A stretch of DNA of 64,000 bases from Macrostomum lignano (GCA_002269645.1 NIVC01001524.1:62001-126000); one strand, 5' to 3'; shown: positions 26,617 to 38,408, counted from the stretch's first letter. Notes: generated by a model not told the origin, from the letters alone. Numbers and translations are program-made.

Positions 26617-26776
26617 CTGGTATAATGAGTAATTTTAGAAGGGTAAAATTAAGTATTGATATTTGAGTGAATAGTTAGTGTGGATATCTATATCTAGTGT
26701 GCACAGCACGCCAACGAATGAATACGTAAATCAAATAGTCTTTATAGTCTCTGTACTCTCCCCCCATCTCCTGACA

Positions 26777-29700
26777 TCATTTGTCTAGGAGTATGGGTTT
26801 GCTCCTCAGATTGTACTTCTTTCGAACTGTGTCCGCGAGCGTCTCGTCATCAGCTTGTACGCCCACTTCCTTGCTGAACAGTTGCCGGTGCTGGCGTTGC
26901 AGTCTTCGCGGATCACTCGGGCGCAGATCGGGGAGCAGTACCTTAGGTGTTGGCGATGCTATTGGCTTTAGCCTGTCCGTGTGCACCTGAAAGGGTTCTT
27001 GAGTCGGATCGTCAATTTTCCTTATCATGACGGACGTGACACTATTTCTTTTCACAATTTCGTATGGACCCGTGAACTTGGCTTGATGCTTTCCCTGTCT
27101 CATTGGGATCTGTAGCATAACTCTGGTGCCTATGGCTAATGTAGGGGCCATTCGGTTTTTGTTAGCTCTGCTTGTGTTCTTTTCCTGGGCCACTTTGAGA
27201 TGGTGTCTGGCTATGTCTCTAGCCAGGGTGATAGCTTCTTGCATTCGGGCTGCATAGGACGGTTCATCCATGTATCTTACTAGGTTCAGCTGAGTTGTGA
27301 GCTCCGTGGGCATCAGGGGTTTCCTCGCGAAAACCAATTCGAAAGGAGAATAGGTTGAAGAGGATTGCTTGGCTGTATTGTAGGCGTAGATTGTGGCTGA
27401 TAGATATTTATGCCATTCGTTTGGATTCTCCGCAGTGTAATGTCTAAGCATGTTATGTAGGGTAGAGTGTAGTCTCTCTACGTGGTTTGCTTGCGGATGG
27501 TAGGTAGACGAGAAGATGTGCTTGACTCCCAGAATTTCTAGAGCTTCAGCTAATAGCGATGCCGTGAAATTTTTTCCATTATCGGTGGAAATTTCTATCG
27601 GGATTCCAAACATACAGAAGACTTGGAACAAAGTTTCGGCTGTGGTTTCTGCTGATAGATCTGGAATCGGGAATGCAAAGGCGAATTTTGAAAAACAACA
27701 CAGGATAGTCAGGATGTGGGTGACGGTCTCGTTCCGGATTTTCGTGGGGACCATGGGTCCTACTAGGTCTACTGATAGCTTGTCCATTGGTTTCATCGGA
27801 ATTTCAGGCATTTGGATGAGTCCCTTATGCAGTTGGCCAGATTTGTTCTTAGCGCAATCCATGCAGTCTTGACAAAAGGTTCGAATATCGGAAACCATTG
27901 AGATCCAAAAATAGTGTCGCCTAATTCTTTCTAGGGTTTTGTCAAAGCCTAAGTGCGCTGCTAGTGGTAGTGCGTGTAACGAGTGACAGATTGTTTCACG
28001 GTACTTGAATGGGAGCACTATTTGTTGGGTGTGATCTGCTGTCCTGTGAATGATTCCGTGAATGTCCGCATATTCCGATAGATGTCGCTGGATGTGTCTT
28101 TTGTATCTCATAGCTAAGCTGTCATCCATGGGCTTTTGTTCCCATAGTGCTCGAATGCCTTGGCAGAATGGGTCTTCTGCTTGAGCCTCTTTTAGGGCTT
28201 GCAGGTGTGGTATCGGGTGCTTGATCGTGACAAAGTTAATGGGTGTCTCTTGGTCCTCATATAGTCTTGAGAGTGCATCTGGGACTGCGTGTTTGGTGGA
28301 TGCGCCTGGGACGTACTCAATTTGCATTTGAAACTGTTGTAAATATAGAAGCCATCTGAGTACCTGATTGTTCCGCAGGGTTTTCCCTGTGAGTAGACCT
28401 CTGAGCGGTGCGTGATCTATTCTTAGCAATGTGGGTATTTGTGCTGCGTACAGAAATTGTTCGAATGTCTTGAATGCGTAAAAGACGGCTAAGAGTTCTA
28501 AATGAGTGACCGCATATCTTGTCTCTGCCTCTCTCAGTTGTCGACTCGTGAATGCTATTGGTTTTTCTTTTCCTGTCTCATCTTTCTGTGAGAGCATTGC
28601 GCCTATACCTTTTGTAGAAGCGTCGCTGGAGACAATGAACTGTTTATTAAAGTCAGGGTGAGTGAGCCTGAGATCTTCTGCTATCCATTTTTTCATGTCT
28701 TCAAAGGTCTGGGTCGCTTCTTCTGTCCACTTTAGTGGGGTTTTGGATGCTTGAGCCTTAGTGTTCGGTGTGCCCTTAAGCAGGTCTGTGAGTGGCTTGG
28801 CTTTCTTGGCGTAGTTAGGTACGTGTTTGCGAAAGAAATTGCAGAGTCCTAGGAAACATCTGAGCTGTGTGACATTTTGTGGCTTTGGTACCTTCTGCAC
28901 TTTGTCGACTAAAGCTCTATCAATCTGTATTCCATTTTTGTCTATCTTATGTCCTAGGAATGTGATTGTGGGCTTAGCGAATTTGCACTTTGTAATTTCA
29001 ACTTCATGCCGTACTTTCCTAGAGCTTCTAGTGTAGCTTTCAATGTCTCGAGATGGTCTTCAAATGTCTCATTGAAGACAAGTAGGTCGTCTACGTATGT
29101 TGAGACTCTGTTAATCCCTTGAAGGATTAAGCTAGCTGCTCTAGAGAGGGCTGCTGGTGAGGTTTGTAGACCCATTGGGGCTCTGGTGAAACGTAAGTTT
29201 GTCCGTCGGGCGTGGAGATGCCACAATACTTCTGACTTTCTTCTTCTAGCGCCACTTGAAAAAATGCTTGCGCCATGTCGAGAGTAGTGAAATATTCTGA
29301 TCCCTTTAATTTGGCTAAGAGGTCTGGGATTCGGGGCATGCATTGCCTTTCTGGGACCAGGATTTGGTTGAGGTCCCGAAAATCAACACAGAGACGGTAC
29401 ACTGGTTTGGCTTGAGGCGATTCCGGTTTCTTCTTGACCAATAGAATTGGTGAGATGTACGGGGTGGCTGCTTTTCTAAGAATTCCTTGCATTTCCATTC
29501 TATCGATGATTTTCTGGAGTTCTCCCGTGAGTTGGTATGGGATTGGGTACCGTTTGTTGAGCTTAATCTCCACGTTAGGCTTAATGTGAAGCTCGTGTTT
29601 CGCTACATCTGTGTATCCTATTTCCTCCTCGGATAGGCAAAAGGCTTTCTTGTTGTCCCAGAGAACCTTAATGAGCTGTTCTTTCTGGGATTCTGTCAGG

Positions 29701-32700
29701 TTGGATCCTTTGAGATCAATGGCGTTCTTGAACTCTTGTTCCGTCATTGTTGGGGTTTCTGACTGGATTTCGGCAATTTCAAAGGCTTGGATTTCTGTAT
29801 CGAAAGATCCTATGTTGGTGTCTGGATATAGTGTCATTGGGGTTGCCGATTCGTTTGAAATGATGACTTGAACCTCTCCTGACTCGTCAGGGTATACCAA
29901 TTCGGGTGTAAGGCAAATGGGTTTCTTCTCTAGGATACGTTCGTTGGGTTCGAAAAGCATAGCTGGAGGTAGTTTCTCTCTGGCGATGGCTCTTGCGGAA
30001 ATTCGAGTTGTTTCCCATGGATTGAGATTGACTGTAGAGACTAATCTGATGCAGTTAACGGGTTCTTTTGTAGTGATAGCGAGGATGTCATAGCATTTCC
30101 CGTTGAGATGGATATTCTGTTGCTGATAGTTTACGAGCACGCCCTGATTTAGTTGAGATAAGTAATCGATGCCTAATAAGACTTGATAAGTTCCTGAACT
30201 CAAATTGGGAATAACGTGGAACTCAACGTCAGCCGTGGTGTCGCCAGCTTCCACAGGGAGGTTGATCATGCCGGATTGCTGTAGTCGTGAGCCTTGTACT
30301 CCTTGCAGTTCAACTGTGGCCGGCTTGAAGGTCCTGCCGTATCGCTTTGCTGTGGCTTCGTCGATTAAGGATCGTTCGGCTCCACTGTCGATCAGGGCTC
30401 GGCAGGATCGCGTTCCCACTTGAAGTCGGGTGATTGTGTACTTCTGCTTCTGGCCGTTGTTGACCGTCGCCACCATCGGAGGTGGCCAACTGGACTCTAT
30501 CTTCGGGTAGAGTCCTGTTGATGCTGGTGCTGGTGGCGTCCACGGTGGCGGGCGCTGTGGTGCCTGTCTGGTTGTCGTGGTCTCCTGCCGCGTGTTCTGG
30601 CTTGTCGAGTTCGCTACTAGCGGTGCTCGTAACTCCTGTAGCTCCTGCTGTTCTTGCTTTGCAGCAGCTTTGCGCTGGATCGTGCGGATGCCAGGACGTT
30701 GGTACTTCTGTTTGTTGAGTCTGTGGCAGATAAGGATCATTTGGTATAAAAGATATATGTAGAACCCAATGGCAGCTACTCCTACAGCGATATCGAAAAG
30801 ATTCACTCGCATGCCTAGCCATGGTAGCCAACTTGCTGGATCAAAGGTGCCTTCCGCTATGGTGGCATCTAACGGTGGAAGATGTATAGAGTGAGAGGTT
30901 TCTGACTTGGGCAGTTTGAAAACAGTTCTTAAGAACTCTCTCTGGTCATTTAGCTGGTTGTACAAGTCGTGTACTGTGACCGGGCTTTTGAGATCGGCTA
31001 TCCTGATGTCTCCATCAGGAGTGAATATGACATGCTGAATCTCTGGGGGTTTTATGAGGGTTACCCCCACGCTTCTCTTTCTAGCTTAGTGACCGTTTGC
31101 ACAGTAAATTTCGTAAAGTTGAGGTCTGTTTTGTAGATTTCGTCTCCTTTTGGTAGGAAATACGACGTTTGGTTAGAGCAATCGTGAAATGGCGGGTGTT
31201 CCTTTTGGATTTCCAGGGTTCTAACATCTAGAAAGCCTGTGTGGTTCATGTTGAATATCGTGAAGGCAATTGGTGGTTTGGTAAAGCAGATATTCTCATC
31301 CCATCTTGGTTGGTGAAAACGAAAGTTTCTGATGGGTAGGCACTTAGAAATGACTACATGCTGTGCTAGCGTGGTGGCTTTTAATTGGCTGTCTTTGAAC
31401 AAAGTGCGCGCTGCTAGGGTGGGCTGCATAAGAAAAAGATCTTTTATGTACCGAAACAGTGTTTGCTGATGCTTGCATTGTTGTAGTATCATGTTTCGAG
31501 TAAGGTCGCCTATTCTGTCTTCCATTGTGAGTTCTAGCCCTTGTAATTTTGCTGCTAGCGTTGTGTCCGATGTGAGGTCTCGTTTTGGTCTCTTAGCGGT
31601 GCTTGAATTGTTGAATGAACCTTCAATTATGCTGCGAAACTCTTGGTCTGAGCCGTGCACCTGGACTAGTTTACCTTGTTCCGACTTGTATAGCTTTACT
31701 GTCGTGTCTCCACATTGTAAGTCCTTAGTCTGAGGTGGATGTTTGAATGTGAGGGCAAACGTAGCGTCGTTAGACATGAACCATCCAGTGTGAATTTTGC
31801 CTTGAATGAATCTGTCTGTTTGATAGGGGCAGTCTATCTCTGCGCTGGGTGTCCATACTAGGCGGTATTGTCTATCTCCTCTCACTGTGTAGCTGAGATC
31901 ATAGTATTCCATTACGGCCCAGAGTCTGTCTGGTGCCTGTCGGTTCAGTGGCGAGTCCTTCTCTGCCGTGAGGCTAGTAGTCGTGGTACAGGTTCCTGTC
32001 TTGTAGTCGCATTGGCCTATAGGGAGGGCTAACGAAGACATCTTTTTCTCTTCCACAAAGAATGAGACCTGGGTGATTAGGACTGACACTGTTTGAGTAA
32101 AGGTTTGAGCTGTGCTGGCTGTAGGTTCCAATTCCTGGGTTGTCCACTTATGAGTAGTGAATCGTTTGGCTTGTCCCATAGTCTTAGCTCCTGCTTCTAA
32201 AGTCCCATCTTGGGTTCGGGTGTTTTCTTCCCATGTTTTACAATCGTCCTTCGAAACTGAATGTTGTTGCACAGTAACAGTCATGGCTGGACTTACCATC
32301 TCCGTTGAAAGACGGTTAAGAGCGGAATCTTTTGGCTTACTCGTGAACGTGTAGGTCTCTCGGTAACATATCTTCAGTGTAGACCGGTGTGATACCTGGT
32401 TCTCCTTGTAGACTGTGATGTTGATCGGTTGCCGATGCTGTTGAATGCTACTCGGGACTGTGCATTCGATGTCCGGAGGCAATTTGAAGGCTTGAAGGCT
32501 GTTCGCTTCTGGGCAGTAGAGTGGTGTGTCCACGTAGCTGCTGTGCTGTGCCGTTGTTGCGCTGCCAGCCGCGGTGCAGAACAGTATGAGCAGTAGTATT
32601 CGCAGCAGCCATCCTGTGGTTGAGGCTGTTCGTCGGCTTTGGCTCCATGTCGGTGTAGTTCTCGGCTGTCGAATCGCTATCTGTGGCTTGGGCTCGTCAG

Positions 32701-33037
32701 TGTCAGGACATTTCTCGATCTTCTGTGGTCGCTCTTGCTTCTCCGTCCGGTCGCTCTCGGAGCGCGGTGTTAGTGTCGCCGTCGTGATGTGGCCGATCTT
32801 GACCTTGACTGCCTTGCGAAGTTGTCGCTTGGCTTGAATGATGTCGTCGCGGGTTACCACTGGTTCCGTAACTGTCTCTTCTTGCTTGGTTGACTCTGCT
32901 GGAGTGTCCGTCGGTGGCTGTTGCTGAGGCTGCTCCTTGGTTACTTCTGCGGTTTGCCGTGGTTGCGGTGTTGGTGTCACCGCTGTATTGTAGCCAATCT
33001 TAATTATTCTTTTGCTAGCCGTACTAGCTGCCACCAC
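26777..33037 (-). CDS. Env(gB-like)-PR-RT-RNaseH-integrase polyprotein, about 2087 aa after three 1-nt corrections
   Basis: Signal-like WLLRILLLILFCTAAG, Cys-rich ectodomain, furin site KRPKR (31580-31594), TM AVGVAAIGFYIYLLYQMILIC, PR ALIDSGA, RT YRLCVDFRDLN and YVDD, RH SDASTKGIGAMLSQ, IN HHCC / DLVGP / TDNG / VERLH / GPY. Confidence 0.85.
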
Positions 33038-35644
33038 AGTTGTTACAGGGGGGATTCCTGTGCACCTAGAATACGACTAAATGCCACCAAAGTTGTAATA
33101 AAGCTATTTCTCCTTAACAAATCTACTGGTTATTAATTGTCTTTCTACTGGTAGCGCATGTACTTCTATTGGTAGCGTATGTACTTCTATTGTACTTTCT
33201 GGCCTGAGCGGTCTAATAGCACTGTCTATTCTATTCCTATACTTCCCCTAAAAATATTATTCTCTCAGTCCTGGGCGTTCCCTGGATCAGAGGGTCACAG
33301 CTTATGCTCTTTCTCTGCCCTGAGGCGATCTTTCCCTCGCTCTGAGGCGGTTCTCCTGCCCTGAGGCGAATTTACTATTACTGCCCTGAGGCGATTTCTC
33401 GCTTTTTAGCGGATCTCAATACTACTCCCGATTTGGGGGTTTTACTATAGAAATGAATAAGACACTCTGAACAATTTTCTGATCAAGTTTTAGCTACTGT
33501 TAGAACACACGAAAAGCACAAGTTGATTTCTTGGCCCACTCGGGGCTTCTATTTATACTAGAGTCTCTCATCAAGTCAAACAAATAATTGTGAAAAATAT
33601 TTTTGTAAATCACAACATTTAAACAAAAACACTAGTAATTTCTTTTTAGCGCGGATTTGAACTAAAGTTTCTAAGAAAACAAGTTACTATTAGCACTATC
33701 GTACAGTATCATACTATTATTAATGCACTGTCTCACTATGGCTTTAAATGAAGAGCAGATCGCGTCATCAATTAAAAAAATTGACATAATTGACAGACTG
33801 ACTATAAAATGTATGCTATATATATATGTATATCTATATATATATCTAGGCTTGTCTCCTACTCCCAGAGTCCCAGGCCTATAAGTATCAAAGTATGAAT
33901 AGGCCTAGGCCTATGACTTTGTTCTATGCTTTAATAGAAACAGAATGCATGTCTAGACCTAGTGATGTTGTCCATTAATAATTCATTAATCCATTAATAA
34001 TTCAGAAATTCAGTTACATACATAGAATATAGATCAGTATTTTTTGTTGTCTTTTGCATTTCATTATATTATATTTATATATACCTACCTAGTTCTAGCC
34101 CCTAGGCTAGGGCTAGGCTAGTTTTAGTGACCTAGCTAGTAAGTAAATCTTAATTAAATAGGTCTACTCTGTTTTTGTTTGTTTTATATATGCTTATCTA
34201 GATTTATAAATAGGTAGACTGACATATCTGTAAAACTTGGTTTTAATCCCTCCTTGATTTTAAACACTTAGGTTAAGAGTGTAATGTCTACTTCTAGTGA
34301 ATAGTGTTATAACTAGGCTTATCATTTTAATTTTAAAATAAAATAGGCCCTACTTTACTAAAAATTGTAATTGCTATATAGGGTATAGTTTTTATGAATT
34401 AGAATTAAACCTGGATGCTTAAATATAGGCTTATGGTTGTTAGAAAGTTATCTTAAGCCTTGAACTACTATTTGAAGAATATAGATAGGCATAGTAAAAT
34501 CTAAAAGTATTTATGCTAGATAGGCCTAGATGAATGATATGAAAAATATAGAATAGAAGAAAAACATAGGTCTAAATTTAATTAGACCATAGAACTTTTA
34601 CAAAAGTTATTACTCTGACTGTTTAAAAACATAACAACGATATTTGTGTTATATTTTAGTTATTTTGAATTAAATATTAATGTTTATAATCCTAGAACTT
34701 TATTACAATTTTCCCTTTCATTCATGCTACTTTACATGGTCAATATGGCATCGCTACTTATTGGTTCCAAGCTTGTCTTTATACCAAGTGGCAAAGTGGC
34801 AAGCATCCTATGATTGCTAAAAGAAAAAATGAAGCCAGCCTAAAGTAAAAATGCAACATGATAAAGAGCCCTAAAGTAGGCCCTATTACTAAAAGCTCTT
34901 ATAGACCTACTTTTATTGATAAGAAAGTAAGCTTAAGCTTTCTAGCAATATTGACTTTAAAATCTCAGTACTGGACTTTTTCAGTTTCAATTATTAGCAA
35001 ACCAATTTAATTGTACATTGTAGTAAAAGATGCACCTAGTTGTTTTCAGATGTTTCTGCTTCTATTTTTTGCTAAAAGTATTGTTCACCCTAATTTCATT
35101 TTTCCATTGTACCATTAGTATTTTTCTATTGAATGTGTGCTTAACTTTTGTTTTAAAGTTGACTTATTTTTTGCTTGTGCTATTTCCCTTGTGCATACAA
35201 GTTTTATTTCATGAGCATATATGTGTATTTGTTTACATTTTCACAAATAAATATGTCTACTTTATTTTGATTGTTCAATGACATTTGATTTTGTTCTGGC
35301 AGCTTACTAGCACAATACTAAAAGTGCAGAATCAAATAAGAAAGTCCTGTCATAACTCGTGTTCTTTATTGGAATTAGATTAGTGCATCGGGGTTTTATA
35401 AATGGATTACTAAACAGATCTGGGAAGATTTGATAAGACGGACAATGCATTCAATTGGTAAAGCTTAATACATCTTACAAGATCTGCCCAGATCTCCTAA
35501 GATCTGCTCGTGCAGACCGTGCAAGATCTTCCTGCAGATCTTGTAAGTTCTGCCTATATATTTAAATAGTGCAGATCTGTTACGTTCTTGCAAGAACGTA
35601 GCGAGAAGCTCCAGACAGATCTGCTAAGAAATGGCATGACGATT

Positions 35645-35986
35645 TCATCTACAGTAGCCGGGCCTACATGGCCATGGAAATCCACCTAAGACACGCTTTT
35701 CCCGGCCCGCGGATGCAGCACGCCGTTTGGTGGTTGAGCTCGGCATAAGAGGTTCCTCGATTGAGTCGTCGACAGCTCTGCTCGACGGATCCACAACGTC
35801 GTCATCCTCTGGAAGTGGAAATCAGGGATCAGAAGTCTTTGTAAGAGAGCACTCTAAGGCCTATCAGATCGGCATAACGCGCGTGATTTCAAACCTACCG
35901 ATCTCAGATTCGGCTTGTACAATGGCAGTTGAACAGAAGAGCAGCGCAAGAAGCGCAAGCTGCATCAGCGAGCTTCGGTTTGACAT
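35645..35986 (-). CDS. 83-aa secreted prepropeptide; coding exons 35986-35899 and 35808-35645
   Basis: MSNRSSLMQLALLALLFCSTAIVQA (signal) ESEIEDDDVVDPSSRAVDDSIEEPLMPSSTTKRRAASAGREKR VLGGFPWPCRPGYCR*; 90-bp GT-AG phase-1 intron; AATAAA at 35365-35370. Confidence 0.75.
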
Positions 35987-36278
35987 CACAAGGCGGTAGT
36001 TCGATGCAAGTTTGCACACAGTTTTGTACCTGTGAGTTGAGGCGATAAAGTGACACGAATTTACATGCCAATGGTGCGATATCGGTAAAGAATAATGTCA
36101 CTGAAAAGCGATTTCAATGCTACCTGGTTATTCAAAAGCAAACGCTCAAGTCCTCAAGACACGTAATATGTTTAATTCTCTTCAAAAGAATTAAAGTTTT
36201 AAACAAATAAAATGCGAGCTAGCTATTTAAAAGTCTGACGTGAGAAAGCTAAACGCTGCAGGGGCAAAAGCAGGCGCC

Positions 36279-36285
36279 TTTTATA
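36279..36285 (-). promoter_or_regulatory. TATA box (TATAAAA) of the prepropeptide gene
   Basis: Lies upstream of a putative untranslated exon ending at donor 36124 and an acceptor before 36029. Confidence 0.5.
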
Positions 36286-36864
36286 GCTGAATTTTGGGCT
36301 AGTAAGCAAAAAATGCATTGCTTTTAGCTTTTGCGATCCCTTAGCCCTTTTTGAGTGTGTTAGCGCAGCGTCTTTCTCCAAAAAAAATTGAAATAGCTAC
36401 CTGCTCAAAATTTAATATCAGTGTACCATTTTTCAAATAATGAGAAATTTCTCGGACTACTTTTTACTTCTTACTTTTTGTTTGGGCAAGTTTTCAAATT
36501 TATATGATTTTACCTTATTATTCCATTTAGAAAAAGGTATTCTCAGTGCATTAAAAAACCCTTGAAACATTTCGAATTTCGAAAACGAATTCCGATCTCT
36601 GACTCTTGTGGTTGAACCATAAATATTATAGAAAAAAATATTGAATTCATAAGTTTTTTTAACTTGAAACGAATTGCACAGGTTTGATTTTTATTTTCTG
36701 CAAAATATCAGTCGAAATTAAAAATGTAATTTTGCCTTTACGATCCACGGTGCTCATAAATACTTGAACTGCATTTTAGATAAACTTCTTTTCACCCTCG
36801 ACAGACACCCTCTGAAACACCTGTACACATTAAAGAAGCAATTGAGGCACCTTCCGTGTCCAGA

Positions 36865-37438
36865 TGCACAAGTGACTCATGGTTGGTGATCGGTGAGGTG
36901 CACAAGTGACTCATGGTTGGTGATCGGTGAGGTGCACAAGTGACTCATGGCTGGTGATCAGTGAGGGGCACAAGTGACTCATGGTTTGTGATCAGTGAGG
37001 GGCACAAGTGACTCATGGTTGCATGGTGATCGGTGAGGTGCACAAGTGACTCATGGTTGGTGATCGGTGAGGTGCACAAGTGACTCATGGTTGGTGATCG
37101 GTGAGGTGCACAAGTGACTCATGGCTGGTGATCAGTGAGGGGCACAAGTGACTCATGGTTTGTGATCAGTGAGGGGCACAAGTGACTCATGGTTGGTGAT
37201 CGGTGAGGTGCACAAGTGACGCATGGTTAGTGATCGGTGAGAGACACTTGTGACTCATGGTTGGTGATCGGTGAGGTGCACAAGTGACTCATGGCTGGTG
37301 ATCAGTGAGGGGCACAAGTGACTCATGGTTTGTGATCAGTGAGGGGCACAAGTGACTCATGGTTGGTGATCGGTGAGGTGCACAAGTGACGCATGGTTAG
37401 TGATCGGTGAGAGACACTTGTGACTCATGGTTGGTGAT
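36865..37438. repeat. 34-bp tandem minisatellite, about 17 copies, most containing TGACTCA
   Basis: CACAAGTGACTCATGGTTGGTGATCGGTGAGGTG recurs at 36867, 36901, 36935 and onward. Confidence 0.95.
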
Positions 37439-38344
37439 TATACCGGGATTTTTTATGATGTTAAAAACACCGGTTATTTTCTGCCTTTAGACAGTGATCG
37501 GTGAGAAAGCTAGCTTTCATGGCGATGCTTTTCCATTCGCTTCCATTCACAAGCAACAAAATTCAGAACTGGCTGAGATGCTGCTACTGTTCTCTTACTC
37601 CCTCACGGCTCGCTGTAGCCGATGTCTGTGGCACTCACCCATTCTTACAAAAGAGATTTCAGCCAGTTCTGAAGTTCTGTTTCAGTAGCTCATGACTCTT
37701 TTTTGGGTAACCGTCAGATCTGGGGCCACTGCATGCAATGTTTTAGAGTCGTTAAAAGAAAACTAAAAAGGAATTTCCGGCTGCAGCTTTGGCACTTTAT
37801 GCTAAACCCTCCACTCCGTAATAAAAAAATAGTCTGTTCTAAGCATGAATAATGAATTATGACTAAAAATTAATTTTATTTATCTATTTTATGAGCTGGA
37901 TGCAAGCATGTAGTAGAGTTTTACTTCTATATACTAAAAATTTTCAAACGGTCGGGTTGTGTCCAATCTGACGTTGGGCATCGCCAAGTACGTTCTCGAG
38001 CATATTTTCTAGATCCTCAATCTGTCGATTCAATCGTCCAGTTTGTTGACGATCAGATCGACCATCTTTTGAAAGTATTGCTGCAATTGGTCAAGCGGAT
38101 TCTGCAGGCAGGTGTTAATATCGGTTGCTGCGGCTTTGAGGCTTTGAGGTTTCAGCAGCCATGGTTAACCGCAGCAGTTGTGCGAGCTACTGCTGAGTTT
38201 ACATCTTTACTAATCGCATTTCTATTATAGAGAGAGTCTTGCGCACTATCAGCGTACGATTGAAAGTATGCGTTTTATTCCAGATTGAGAGTACATGCAT
38301 CAATTCAAGAGTTGAAATTACTGTAAAATACTTTAAGCTAAACC

Positions 38345-38359
38345 AGTAATAATAATAAT

Positions 38360-38408
<49 letters not shown>

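Larger units (their letters stand above)
24460..33600 (-). mobile_element. Env-bearing Ty3/gypsy (Metaviridae-like) retroelement with Env-Pol order; boundaries uncertain
   Basis: PR-RT-RH-IN order, class III fusogen-like ectodomain upstream, extra downstream ORFs, PBS-like TGGTGGCAGC next to TGTAACA at 33027-33047, TATA-like GTATAAAT at 33551-33558. Confidence 0.85.

Noticed and set aside
31061-31070. Programmed ribosomal frameshift between the two env ORFs
   Set aside because: It falls inside the ectodomain, lacks a canonical slippery heptamer, and matches the homopolymer-deletion pattern seen at three other sites.
22271-36802. TGTCGAG (22271) / CTCGACA (about 36796-36802) as element termini, and a paired LTR for the gypsy element
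   Set aside because: Only a 7-bp match. I found no direct repeat of 33041-33600 on the left side and no target-site duplication.
37900-38200. Coding-like minus-strand segment (ATDINTCLQNPLDQLQQYFQKMVDLIVNKLDD)
   Set aside because: Interrupted by stops, no start or clear splice context, no recognisable family.
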